A stretch of 64,000 bases of DNA. It comes from Octopus vulgaris (Eukaryota). Made by a program: the position numbers and the translations under genes. The notes under the pieces are model-generated. The model saw only the letters and a program-made list of their open reading frames with translations, did not search any database and was not told the origin of the DNA. Below, one piece after another: positions 41,978 through 55,388 of the stretch. The stretch spans positions 171,182,001 to 171,246,000 of the forward strand of contig OX597815.1 of NCBI GenBank assembly GCA_951406725.2. Direction: 5' to 3'. Numbering within the stretch: position 1 is the first letter of the stretch; each line of letters begins with the position of its first letter.

Positions 41978-44152
41978 TGTGTGTGGAAGAGCCGTCAGCC
42001 CGTTCGGTAGAAAGACTCACATTATTTCTTCTCGTTCTCTTCGTCTTGACTTCGAGTTTTGAGAGTTCAATTCTACCTTTCATTCTTTATGTTCCGATTC
42101 TGCGTTTTGGCAGCAATAACTACAACTACACTGGTGCCAAGTCGCATTGGTCCGAACACAGTAATAGTCACAGTAGTCTCCTCATCGGACAACATCGCCA
42201 GCTTAAAGAAGGAAGAATAGCATGCCAGACTACCATAAGAAAAAGAAAAATAACAAGATTGCTCAGGCCTGCGCATGCATGCACAGATATGTGATCAACC
42301 CTAATAAATGAAGTCCCTACAATATATTAAATTCCACCAACCTTCATAGTTATCTGAAATGTTTCTTACGCTTTAAGAATTTATTTTCCAATTATGTTAA
42401 TTCCCTAATAAAATATTTTAACACACTACAAACAGCTTTTTTGTTTTGCTATACTGGACATTATAAAGGGACCAAAGCATTCTGAATATCTTAAGTTTGA
42501 TGTAGTTATATATCTCTGAATCAAATGACCTGTTTGTTGAGGCATCATCGAAAATTTTGTGTATTGTTTCCGGAATAAGTGAATCCGCTGTGGTCTATCT
42601 TCAAGCTTTTGACGACAGGTTTATAAGTGTTGAAGTTCGAAAGTTTCCTAGGATCGATCGTTCTTCGTGTGTGCTTCTAAAATATTTGCCGAACCACTTG
42701 GCTTCTAATTTCATTATTCCTCTAATTCTTCCCCCCTTCCACCACCTTCTCCACACAGCCCTAGCTTCGTACCTATCGGTAGTCACCTCTTTTTCTTGTT
42801 TCTCCTTTTCCCTCCCTCCTTCCTGTTCATCATTATACATAACAAACAGCTACAAGAAACAATGAAAATAGTAATATAAAGACTCGACATAGCTGAAACA
42901 CCGATTTCATTATAATAAATATTTGAACAATGTATTGTTTTGTACATTCCAAAACGTTCGCTGATTATTCTTACCGATAAGAAAAGAGACTGAAAATGGA
43001 CATAGTCTTAGCCTGTTGCATTCCACATCAGATAAATATGAAAGAAAACATCTGTTTGTCCGATTCAATATGTTCTTATCAACTAAATATTTCTCATTCC
43101 TAAGTGAGAATAGATACAGTGAGTGTGATAATGTCAATCTATCAGCCTATGTAAGGAGAAACATCCGAACAATGGTTGCTCGTCTATCAAAAGTTAACAT
43201 TTTCTCAACGGACGAATGGAATTCACGTTATTTATATTTCTCGAACACAGTTGCCTTCACAGAATATGACTTGACGTAAAGACGTAAATCAAGTTTCAAT
43301 GACCAGACTTGCTTTTCATACGACCTCTTCCAAAATAACACCCATTGAGGGTAGGGTAAATTCTATTTTGATATTTCAGTATTTTGGGCTCACAAAGCAG
43401 AGTTTGTCTTCCTGACACACACTTTGGTTGCTAGTGAGCTTTAGTTAGTTTCGAATTGGTCTCTCTCCCCGTCGATGATCTATACTCATTTCTGCCCAAC
43501 TGATTCTAATACATATTTTCCCCCAAGTCGTCTCCAGTCTAATAACCTACGATTTGGTCATTAAAAAGAAATATTTCATAAACACACAGACATTGTACAC
43601 ATGCACATACACATATACTCAGCCATACCATCACACATATACAAATGTAATTTATAATGTAGTTGTTCGATTAGGACTGACTTGAGATTTTAATTTTAAA
43701 ATTTGTTATAGCAATACACCTGAAATCATATCCAGACGTTGAAAGATTGCATCTACGCACTAAACTAGAAATGTGTTAAGGGACCTGAATACTCAGTAAA
43801 AGGGCAAGTGCAAATACTAGTAAAACTATAAATACGGATACTAAATTGGAAAGAGAAAAAAAATGCGGTACATTCACTTAGTACATTCTACAGTGGAAAT
43901 AAAAACAATGTAAAATCACTATTGCAATGCGTGTGGGTTCTGAAGAAGAAGGATGTTGTCAATAAGCTGATCAATATCTGGATTGTCATTGCCTAGGTCA
44001 AAAGATCAAAGAGACTACTTTCCTGCCTTGTGGAAAAGTATAAATATTCATGCAACCTTTCGGTATATTCAGTTTACCAGAAAAAAAAGTAACGTCGAAA
44101 TTCAAACGAAGAACTATAAATACTTCATGACGAATCTCTTTCAATTTCTTAC

Positions 44153-44168
44153 CGGTTAATTCCTTACC
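44153..44168 (-). other. Candidate 16-nt microexon
   Basis: tttcattGCTAACgtacttttcatctctgCAG|GGTAAGGAATTAACCG|GTAAGA. Confidence 0.45.
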
Positions 44169-44350
44169 CTGCAGAGATGAAAAGTACGTTAGCAATGAAA
44201 GTAATATAAAAGTAATATAAAAGAAAGCGATTCGAATGCTTTCAATGCTGCTGCCACCATCAAGAATTGGCTGCACTGACGGTCGTCTCCCGCTTCTTCT
44301 GCCATTGATAACTGAAGAGACTAAAGGCCTCAGCTTTATTAACAATATAT

Positions 44351-44516
44351 ACTCTTTTACTCTTTTACTTGTTTCAGTCATTTGACTGCGGCCATGCTGG
44401 AGCACCGCCTTTAGTCGAGCAAATCGATCCCAGGACTTGTTCTTTGTAAACCTAGCACCGGTTGTCAAGCGATGTTGGGGAGGACAAACACAGACACAGG
44501 CACACACACACACCCA

Positions 44517-44565
<49 letters not shown>

Positions 44566-44774
44566 ACACACACACGCGCACACATATACATATATATATA
44601 TACATATATACGACGGGCTTCTTTCAGTTTCCATCTACCAAATCCACTCACAAGGCTTTGGTCAGCCCGAGGATATAGTAGAAAACACTTACCCAAGGTG
44701 CCATGCAGTGGGACTGAACCCGGAACCATGTGGTTGGTAAGCAAGCTACTTACCACGCAGCCACTCCTGCGCCT
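44351..44774 (-). mobile_element. SINE family A
   Basis: Near-consensus reverse-complement copy. Confidence 0.92.
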
Positions 44775-45595
44775 ATCTAGAGTTTCCCTTCGAAATTTAA
44801 GATTTACCGGTCACTTTAAGAAAAGTGTATGGTACATCTGTGTGGGTGTCATCAAAGATGCTTAAAGAATGCATGAAATTAAAGTGATGAGTAACAAATA
44901 ACCAAAAATAGTAGTAATAAAAAAATAAAACATTTTTTCTAACTAATAATAAAAATGAAACCAATTCATCTTATTCCCTTTAATACCCCTTTTTCTGATT
45001 CTGAAGTAATCTAGTCTTCAAACATGTTCATATTAAGAACTGTTTAAAAGAACAAGCGATATGTATCTTAAAATTGGTTACACGCTGATAGACATGTCCT
45101 CCTACATAAGTAAAATGTTCAAAAATAGAAACACAATCGAAATTTATCGAGACTATTCCACTTTGAGAATCTCCAGGTAGCGAAAGTGTATTTCGCTAGA
45201 AGCAAAATATATGGACAAACGCATTTTACTCATGTTCCACGCCAACCGTAGTTTCACTTCTCTAACAAACAATATCATTCCCTTATATAACATATTTTAC
45301 CGTAAAAAAATACTAACGAAGCTGTTTTATTTCCATAATATCACTTGGGATTTAGAAAAGGCAGAGTTGCAAAAGGTAAATCCATTGCAGTACTTAAGTA
45401 ATTCAAGAGTTCTGCATTTAATACTTATTGATGTTTACTTTGTCTTTCATTCTTCTGTTATCGATAACATGAGTACCAGTATTATACTTTGGCAGATTCA
45501 ATGAAACTTTAATGCATCAAAAATTCGATGAGACTTTCGATTCTAATCATATTTTTCCTGGTTATTTGTCCTTCATATTTCATATAATTATATAA

Positions 45596-46751
45596 CAGTG
45601 TACAAAATAATGGAATTACCTAGTATCATAGCATCATAATTTATAAATATCTATAAAACTATCAAAAGGTTGATTATTTTTATGATTTTTATTTATTATT
45701 AGTGTTGCTTAATATGTTTTGCTAAAATTGTTGTTTCTTTTCAGATATCATCAGAAAAGGGTAATTAAAATTCATTAAAATGACATCTATCGGACTTTCA
45801 AAGAGGTCAAATTGTTAGTGCTCGTATGGCAGGCGCTAGCGTAACGAAAACTGCCGAAATGTTTGGTATATCAAGAAGTACTGTCTCGAAAGTAATGACA
45901 GCCTTTGAGAAAGAGGGAAAAAACCTCCTCGTTGAAACAAAACTCCGGAAGAAAACCAAAACTTTTAGAAAGGGACCGTCAGACTCTTACACGAATTGTT
46001 AGAAAGGATCACAAAAGTATAGCTCTCAAAATTACTGCAGAGCTTTATGGCCCCCCTCGAGAACCCGGTTTCCATGAAAACTGTTCGACGAGAGCGACAC
46101 AAAGCCGGATTTCACGGGAGGGCTGCAATCAGAAAACCACTACTTTCAAAAACATGTGTCATCTTTTACCTTATTTCCGACCACCGGCCGAGTACACGTA
46201 TGGAGACAGCCAAAAGAAGCAGTTGACCCAGACTAACTTCTTTCAACTCTTAAACATGGAGGAGGATCTGATGATTTGGGGAGGGGGGGCTCTATCTTGG
46301 AAATCCTCTCGCCTTCATGGCAGAATTAATAGTCAAGGCTATTTAAGCATTTTATCTGATCAAATTCATCCTGTGGTTGCGAAACTGTTTCGGGATGATA
46401 ATGCACCAATTCACACAGCTAAAGTTGTTACTGAAAGGCACAAGGAATATTCTAGTGAAGTTGAGTATCTTATCTGGCCACCACAGTCGCCAGATCTCAA
46501 TATTATTGAATATTTATGGTGCTTTTTAGAAAAACAAGTGAGAAGTCGATATTCTCCACTATCACGACTACAAGAACTGGAGACTGCTTTAGCTGAAGAA
46601 TGGACAAAAATTCCATTGGAAAAAATTCAAACTTAGTACGGGTCCATACCTCGTAGAATTCAAGTTGCAATTACTGCCAAAAGCGGTCCTACACCATATG
46701 AAAATATATTTGTTTGAAACTTCAAGGGCTTTCCATTATTTTGTCTAACAC

Positions 46752-46754
<3 letters not shown>
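45596..46754 (+). mobile_element. Tc1-like DNA transposon (decayed)
   Basis: Degenerate TIRs CAGTG.TACAAAATAATGGAA / TTCCATTATTTTGTCTAACACCTG; transposase inside. Confidence 0.9.
45780..46700 (+). pseudogene. Tc1 DD34E transposase pseudogene
   Basis: SDFQRGQIVSARMAG...SRSTVSKV; SGRKPKL; FRDDNAPIHTAK...WPPQSPDLNIIEYLW; several frameshifts. Confidence 0.9.
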
Positions 46755-46807
<53 letters not shown>

Positions 46808-47059
46808 GTGTGTGTGTGTTTAGATAGACATACATACATACACATATACATATACATAGATACTATGTGTATACATATGTATGTATGTATTTGATTTTTC
46901 TATGAGTTTAATTTAATTTCTTCTTGAGTTCAAACCGGTCGCTAACAAAGCAACAAGATTTTTTGAGTTAAATGAGTTCCCAGTGTTTTTAAATAAAGGG
47001 TTGAGTTGGTATTTTGGTTGAATTATCGATGCTTACTCCCAAGAATGTGCGTCTATTCA

Positions 47060-47255
47060 CATAAGAATCTCTGATAGAGAAATTTTGGAATATCTTACAA
47101 ATCCTCTCTGTGCCACTGATTGATTGGATTTGGAGAAACCGCATCAATTTCTTTTGCTCTTTCTCTGCGAAACTGAATATTTCTAGATGTTTGTACAAAT
47201 TCGTCGGTACATAACCTAACGCCGCTATGATGATGGGTACAAATGAGAACCCGGA
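47060..47255 (-). pseudogene. C-terminal RLE region of an R4/Dong-like LINE
   Basis: FSFVPIIIAALGYVPTNL...LQIQSISGTERICKIF. Confidence 0.7.
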
Positions 47256-47859
47256 GTCAGCCTTCGCAGGTCACGGAACTATCAAGGGAACATTCAGTGG
47301 ACTTTTGAACGGAACCAAGACCTATACCATTTCTACAGAAAGGCTAGGGAAGATCCCTCGATAGGCTACATGAAAAGACATAAAGAATATTGGTATATAT
47401 GTATGCATGTATGTATTGCAGAAGTACTTATAAAATTAATAAACCAAATTATATATTGGTGGATGGGAGGAGATAGATGAATGTGTATGTATTTGAATAG
47501 AACAGAAAATATATAATAATAACCCTCTACTATAATTAAAAGAACTGGGGTGTGAGCTGGACATACATTAAATTATGAACGTATCAAACCTCATATATAT
47601 GAGTTCAACTTTTAGCCTTTTTATTATTATTCGTTTATTGTAATTACCGTAAGTCATTGCTATCTGTAGATAATGTATATTTCATCGACCATACATAAGC
47701 AATTATTACAATGCCAAAAAAAATATATAAATACTACATATATAAATATATAAGGCTAGTCAAAATTAAGTATGCAGTTGCTAGACATATGTGGAATGTT
47801 CTTTTCATTTTTCTTACTTCTTTTTAAGGTAATTGATTCATAAGTCGACGAAGGGAATT

Positions 47860-48322
47860 TGTGGGAGATGCCTAGTTCACTGGAAATCCCCTTATTTGAC
47901 TTCTGGTGATTTTGAGTGAATGCTTGATTCATAAGAATTTTATTTTCTTCAGTGGTAACATTCACCGGTCGAACTATTTTCGGTGTATTCCTGATGGACC
48001 CAGTCTGCCCAAATTTGACATGTATTCTGTAAACTGCTATTCTCACGGTGCTGGTCTTTGCAATTCTTCAATCCATTTCTGTCTAACCATTTTTGCATTC
48101 CGTTTTCTAGTACTGCTTCACGATCCACTTTCTTTCACCGTTGGTCAAATTTCAAGCCATATATTAAATATCTGAAATTAGGAATAACCATTTTATTATA
48201 TAAATAATTGGTTAAAACGAACAGTGTCGAAGGATTCTTATCCTAAGAAAATAAACAGAGAAATAGAAAGAATATTCCATTCATATTAAGCAACTGTATA
48301 CATACTTTTGCCCTCCTCTCTG
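47860..48322 (-). mobile_element. Tc1/mariner-superfamily 5' fragment (HTH region and one TIR)
   Basis: ERKWIVKQY...AVYRIHVKFGQTGSI...RPVNVTTEEN...ISSELGISH; terminus CAGAGAGGAGGGCAAAAGTATGTATACAGT. Confidence 0.75.
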
Positions 48323-48386
48323 TTTGTATCTATGTATATATGTGCATGTGTGTATAGTTATACGTATGTGTGTATGTATATATGTA

Positions 48387-48447
<61 letters not shown>

Positions 48448-48527
48448 AATACATATACTTATATATATACACACAAATATGTATGTGTGCGCGCGTGAGC
48501 CTGTGTGAGTATGGTTGTGGATGTGAA

Positions 48528-48578
<51 letters not shown>

Positions 48579-49748
48579 GTTCAACTGATAACTTATTTTA
48601 TCGACCCCGAAACATGAAATGCAAAGTCGACCTCAGCGGAATTTTAACTCGGAACATGAAGACTCTAGCGACTCTGCCATCTCGCTATCTTGTATGAATT
48701 AATAATATTAGCTTTAACCTTCTTCTGTGAATTCACGATCTGATCACAAATATGAGACAGGGCCTCCTCTCGTGTGCACATTTTCCTCCGTCCCACATCC
48801 AGTTTTTCCATTATCGTCTCTTAAGCAGTTCTTCGAGAACAACATTTGTTTGCAAATTCATTAGTTAGTTGACCAGAAATTAAAGCTCTTCTTCATTGCT
48901 ATGTCAACATCACCCTTTACTAAATGTAACAGAAAGTGAATGACAAATAAATTCCTTTCCTTCTGTGTAGACCAGGTTATATATACGACACTGTCCATTT
49001 CCTTCATCCACTTTCATCTGCAACATTGTTGATGAGAATGATACGAATATCAAAATGGATGATACACACATAAAAAAGTTCATTTCGTCATCATAAGGCA
49101 TTTATACACAGAATAATCTTTCGATCAGTGAATATTGATACGATATATGTAAACGATATGCATGTAATCATTTCGGATTTTTAAATACAAATAAAATGGT
49201 TGGCTGTTATACGAGTTTGTCATTCTGTTGGAGTTATCTCCCTTACAAGTGTTTGGATTTTGAACGCTACTATATGGAGAGTTTTGCTACTGATTCCTTT
49301 GGTAATCTTAGTTAACCGAACATTCTCAGTACATGATTATATGTGAGGTCTCACTACATTGGTACATTCATAAAAATTTTGTAATAATTGCTTCTAAAAT
49401 AGGAACAAGGCTAGCGATTTTTAGGGGCTGGGAGTTAGCCGATAACATAGACTTCAGTAATTGGTTGGTACTTTATTTTATTCTCTCCGGAGGGATGGAA
49501 GGTAACGGATAACTTTGGCGGGATTTGAAATAAGAACGTAAGAACAGAAAAGAATACTGCAAGGCATTTTCCAATGGGCAAATGATTCTGGCACGGCAAT
49601 ACGACACATTTTACGCGATCCGAATCACGCTTTAAACATTGAACTAAAGCTCAAGATTTCCTTATATAATCAACCATGTCATAGAATTTTTAAAAAAGAA
49701 CTTAATATGAAATATTCCGCCTGTTCTATGATTTGTGTGTGTGTGTGT

Positions 49749-49832
<84 letters not shown>

Positions 49833-49854
49833 TAGAATGTTAAAGGTATAGCGA

Positions 49855-50061
49855 AAGCCGGGCGAAATACTTAGCAGTATTTCGTCTGCCGCTACGTTCT
49901 GAGTTCAAATTCCGCCGAGGTCAACTTTGCCTTTCATCATTTCGGGGTCGATTAAATAAGTACCAGTTACGCACTGGGGTCGATATAATCGACTTAATCC
50001 GCTTGTCTGTCCTTGTTTGTCCCCTCTGTGTGTAGCCCTTTGTGAGAAGTAAAGAAATAGG
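49855..50061 (+). mobile_element. SINE family B
   Basis: Family-B body; flanking GGTATAGCGAAA is duplicated at ~49845 and ~50060 (likely TSD). Confidence 0.9.
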
Positions 50062-50324
50062 TATAGCGAAATATAGCTCGCTACTTACATTGTTTCACGT
50101 AATTAAGGCATATTTTACATTTGCATTAATCAAATATAGTAGTTCTCAGACTTTTATAGCTCGGTGATCCATTGTACTGAATGGCATCAGATAAACGCCA
50201 TTCCATGCAATAAGAAACTGCCGACTCTTCTGTTTTTGATTTTTTGCCCCCATATTTCAGCAACTATAGTTACTGGGACTACTTAAACAGAAAGGGTAAT
50301 AATCTATGAATAATGATTTCTGAT

Positions 50325-51010
50325 TCAGGTTCCACGCCAGCGATTACAAAGGGTAGAAAGTTAGTTGATTACATCAAACCGCAGTACTTTACTGTGCTTT
50401 GTTTTACCAAACCCCATAGGAAGGAAAGGTGAAGCTGACCTTTCCAGAACCTAGCTCAGAATGGAAATAAAAAGAACAAAATAAAGCAATTTCGCCGGCG
50501 ATCTAATGGTTCTACCAGCTCCCCGACTTAGAAATAGCGTTATTAATAATTGTTTGTAATTTTCGCACAGGACAAGCAAATTTTAGGGGATGGAAAGTCG
50601 ATTATAGATGGCCCCCAGTTCTTAGTTGGTACTTATTTTGTCAACCTAGAAGGATGAAAGGTGTAGTTGACCTCGATGTCATTTAAACTGAGAATGTAAA
50701 TAGACGGAAGAAATGCTGCTGAGCATATTGTCCCAGCGCGGTAACGAGCTTCCAGCTGGACGCCTTAATAACGGGACTGATAATTGTACATCAGGCGACG
50801 TGCTGGCAGAATCGCTAGCAGACCGGGCAAAATACTAAGCAGCATTTCGTTTGTCGTTTCGTTCTGAGTTCAAACTCCGCCGAGGTAGATCTTACCTTTC
50901 ATCCTTTCAGGGTTTATAAAATCAGTACCAGTTGAACACTGGGGTCAAATGTAATTGACTTCTTATCCACCTCCCTGAAATTGCTAGCCTTGTGCCAAAA
51001 TTTTAAACCA
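50325..51010. mobile_element. Cluster of three family-B SINEs (minus, minus, plus)
   Basis: Core motifs at ~50400 (-), ~50640 (-) and ~50890 (+). Confidence 0.75.
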
Positions 51011-51210
51011 ATAATATAAGTATATAATACTGAGTATAATAGTTATAAAACAATTAAATTAAAAGTTGAAATGAATAAAATAAAACATTTGTATCTTTTA
51101 CTTTAGTTTTAAAAACTAATTCAATCAAAAAATTACATTTGCTAGCTTTGATTTAAAAAGGGAAAATGTTGGTCCCTGGATCTTCTCACATCAACAACAC
51201 TGTTTCGGCT

Positions 51211-52206
51211 CTGATAACACAACGTTTTGCTTATATATTAATTGCGACAAATATCATTTTGAAAATGTCATTTAAATTATAAATATTGTACATCTTTTAG
51301 ATATTTTACTTCCAAGAAAATAATTGCAACCTCACTGATAACACAACGTTTTGCTTATATGTTAATTGCGACAAATATATTTTTGAAAATGTCATTTAAA
51401 TTATAAATATTGTACATCTTTTAAAATATTTTACTTCCAAGAAAAAAAACTGCAACCTCACTGATAACACAACGGTTTGCTTATATGTTAATTGCGACAA
51501 ATATATTTTTGAAAATGTCATTTAAATTATAAATATTGTACATCTCTTAAATATTTTACTCCCAAGAAAAAAATTGCAGCCTCACTGATAACACAACGTT
51601 TTGCTTATATGTTAATTGCGACAAATATATTTTTGAAAATGTCATTTAAATTATAAATATTGTACATCTTTTAAAATATTTTACTCCCAAGAAAAAAATT
51701 GCAACCTCACCGATAACACAACGTTTCGCTTATATGTTAATTGCGACAAATATATTTTTGAAAATGTCATTTAAATTATAAATATTGTACATCTTTTAAA
51801 ATATTTTACTCCCAAGAAAAAAATTGCAACCTCACCGATAACACAACGTTTTGCTTATATGTTAATTGTGACAAATATATTTTTGAAAATGTCATTTAAA
51901 TTATAAATATTGTACATCTCTTAAATATTTTACTCCCAAGAAAAAAATTGCAACCTCACTGATAACACAACGTTTTGCTTATATGTTAATTGCGACAAAT
52001 ATATTTTTGAAAATGTCATTTAAATTATAAATATTGTACATCTTTTAAAATATTTTACTTCCAAGAAAAAAATCGCAACCTCACTGATAACACAACGTTT
52101 TGCTTATATATTAATTGCGACAAATATATTTTTGGAAATGTCATTTAAATTATAAATATTGTACATCTCTTAAATATTTTACTTCCAAGAAAAAAAATTG
52201 CAACCT
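51211..52206. repeat. Minisatellite, 8 copies of ~124-126 bp
   Basis: Unit CTGATAACACAACG...TTGCAACCTCA starts at 51211, 51335, 51461, 51585, 51710, 51835, 51959 and 52084. Confidence 0.97.
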
Positions 52207-53058
52207 TTGTAAACACTCGGCGCACTTGTGTGCTTTCCACTAATATTTTTTGCTTTGTTGTCAGCTCGCTACAGTCCTTAAAGGCGCCCTGGGCCAGTGG
52301 TTTTGAAATCAGAAAACGAAACGGCAAATATAACTCTTCATGCTGTAGTTTTCTTACGTGTTCGATGAAATTCATCTAGTTATATTTCTTTCGTTATCAT
52401 ATATATATAAGCGAAATCATATATGTATGTTCGATTTTCGACAAAAGCATGAGTATGCAACGTTGATGTTGTATTATTTGAGCTAATAACTTTTAGCAAA
52501 TTTCTACTAGAAAGTTAAATGTTTGCGGTGGTGGTGGTGGTGGTGGTGGTGGCAGTAGCTTTTGCAGCAGCTGCTGCTGCTGCTGGTTCTTTGTCGTTCC
52601 CTGATGATTTTCTTGTTCGCTCAACTGAATTAACCTGTAAGTGGTTGAGAAATCCACAGACACGTGTGCGCGTAGCAGAATTCTCAGGTGAGGCACCGTG
52701 ACATAGTATATGTGATATAAGGCTGTGCATCTTGAATTACAGGTAAAACCAATCCGATGGGGGTCCAGTAGTGGTGTTTCTGTCTACTTAATCTCTCTCA
52801 TGAGGTGTTTGACCTGAGACTATGGAAAATGGCATTTGCCCAAGTACCCGTGCAGTGAGTCTGATGGTGAGACCTCATACTTGTGAAACGAATGTCGTAA
52901 ACATTTGTCCCTCGGCAGCTACTGAAAGTTTGTACCTTCTAGTTACATAATGCGTTGTAGCCATAACACTTGATTAACTTTAATCAAATAAACATATTAT
53001 CAAATGAATTTAAGTCAAGACCCACTAGAATTTTGAGGAGTATTTCTAAGTATATTAG

Positions 53059-53200
<142 letters not shown>

Positions 53201-53321
53201 GTGCCTCTTTCTCAATCTCTCTTTGTCTCTCACATTCTGTTTTTTCCTGTTTTTATTTTTATTCATCTTTTTCTAATTTTTGGGTGTTCATTTGTAATGT
53301 TCTTGTGCGTGTGTGAGTTTG

Positions 53322-53360
<39 letters not shown>

Positions 53361-53794
53361 GTGTGTGTTTGTGATTGTGTGTGCGTTATAGATATTCTGA
53401 ACTTGAATCAGTCGTCAGTCGTAGGCGAGTATGACTTCGTCACACGTATTATGTTTTCGTTCATTGATTTGGGTTTCTTTAGACAAGCAAGCGAGAATTA
53501 ACAGTCACTCAGTTCCATCACTCGTGATCCAATTGTCTGTCAAGATATGGCAGCTGGTGAAGGAGAAGGTTGCCCTAGCACTTGACAGGTACACATTACA
53601 GCCTAATAGACTGGAGCAACGTGAAATGAAATATTGCCCAAGAAGAAACGTAACACACAGCCAATTTCTGGAACTAAATTTCCCAACTGAAGATTACAAA
53701 CCGAACACCCGAACAATGAACCTATGCGCCTTCACATACATGAATCAATGATTGATTAAAAGGTCGCACAGAGGTGTACTCACTCGTTCGAAAT

Positions 53795-54090
53795 TGCCTA
53801 GTGGTTAGGGCAGTGCACTCGCGGTCAGAGGATCGCGGTTTCGATTCCCAGACCGGGCATTGTGTGTGTTTATTGAGCGAAAACACCCAAAGCTCCACGA
53901 GGCTGCGGCAGGGGGGGGGGTAGCGACCCATGTTGTACTCTTTCGCCCCAACTTCCTCTCACTCTTTCTCTGGGTTTCTTGAGTAACGCTGCGATGGACT
54001 GGTGTCCCGTCCAGCTGGGGGGTAGGACACATACACCATAGAAACCGGGAAACCGGGCCCATGAGCCTGGCTAGGCTTGAAAAGGGCGAA
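53795..54090 (+). mobile_element. tRNA-derived SINE family C
   Basis: A/B boxes; matches 13385-13675. Confidence 0.9.
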
Positions 54091-54842
54091 AAGAGAAAGA
54101 GAAGAGGACTCAACCATTAAGGACATGCAGAAGGAGTGATGGGGCGCCACGCATCAATACTTTGATCAAATTATTTTTTCATACATGTAGGATAATTCTT
54201 CTAAGAAGCATGACGTTTAAAATTTCTATCTCAAAAGTGCATTATTTCAATAAGAAAACAGACTTTGAAGATCTAAGTTCGAGAGTCAAGTATTTCCTAT
54301 TATACCCAGCGAATATACTCGTTGGACAATAAATAATAAAGTGACAGATAACAAATTTTTGTAAATGATATCATTAAATTTTAATTTGTAACATTTTTTC
54401 CTTAAGTTTTACTGTTCAGTATGCTCAAGAAAACATTACCACACTCAAGTCTATAATTTATGTCAAGGGAGGGAAGTAGAAAATGACAACTTCATAATTA
54501 AAGGGAGATAATAAAATGATTACACTTATTTAGATAAGAGTAAAAATACGTCTGAAATTATAATAATACGTTCATATAAACATACAGAAATCCTTATATA
54601 CGCATGCACGTGTGCGTATATACGCACACGCACACACACACACAAACACATGCACACATACACACACAAACACACGCACACATATACACACAAACACAAA
54701 CACACATATACACACACACACGCACACAGACATAAACACAAACACACACACATATATATAAATATGAGTCATGCTGCCAGACATACGATCTTCGAGCAGT
54801 CATATATATATGTATATATTTGTTGTTTTTTTCATAAACTCT

Positions 54843-54915
<73 letters not shown>

Positions 54916-55352
54916 TGTATGTATGTATGTATGTATGTATGTATGTATGCATGTGTATATGTATGTGTATATATATCGCCTTGACCTTCGAAACGTGGAG
55001 TAGATGAATCTAAGGCGACTGAAGAAGGGGAATTTTCCTTGTTTTGTATGTCCTGTACTCTACTTTTTCGTTGTTTAAAAAAATGTCCATTTCCTTGGTT
55101 TTGTGTTTATGTTTTCGTTTCTCATTGTGTTCGACGTTTTTTTGGTGTCCTGTACCCATATATGCATGTATATATACATGTAGAGGTAGGTACGTACATA
55201 TATGTATGTATATATGCATATGTTTTATTTATTTATTAATTTATTATATATATATATATATGTAAAAAGTTGAAATGGAACACAAGAGTTGATATATATA
55301 TGGAAAAAAAGCCAAGGTGGAAAATGCTAAAAAAATTTTACAAAAAACATTT

Positions 55353-55388
55353 CAGTACCGGTTTCAGTCATTGAGACATTTTCAACTG
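55353..55388 (-). ncRNA. Minimal type I hammerhead ribozyme, U3-A8 core
   Basis: CAG-UUGAAAA-uGUC ucaau GACu-GAAA CCGG UA-CUG; palindromic ACCGGU stem III. Confidence 0.7.

Noticed and set aside
43998-44756. 252-aa ORF, the longest in the window
   Set aside because: It starts inside a family-A SINE and runs through its microsatellite; no recognisable domain.
45905-46636. Intact 243-aa transposase
   Set aside because: It drifts between frames, the first catalytic Asp region is missing, and the N-terminus is in another frame.
51211-52206. CRISPR array
   Set aside because: Whole ~125-bp units repeat with no unique spacers, there are no cas genes, and the context is eukaryotic.
53795-53870. 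tRNA genes at the SINE heads (also 4957, 12746, 28002, 38051)
   Set aside because: A/B boxes are present, but no complete cloverleaf, and each continues into a SINE body.
54976-55040. Permuted (type II) hammerhead, GAAAC...CTGAAGA
   Set aside because: Stem I cannot form in register; at most the 3' half of a truncated motif.
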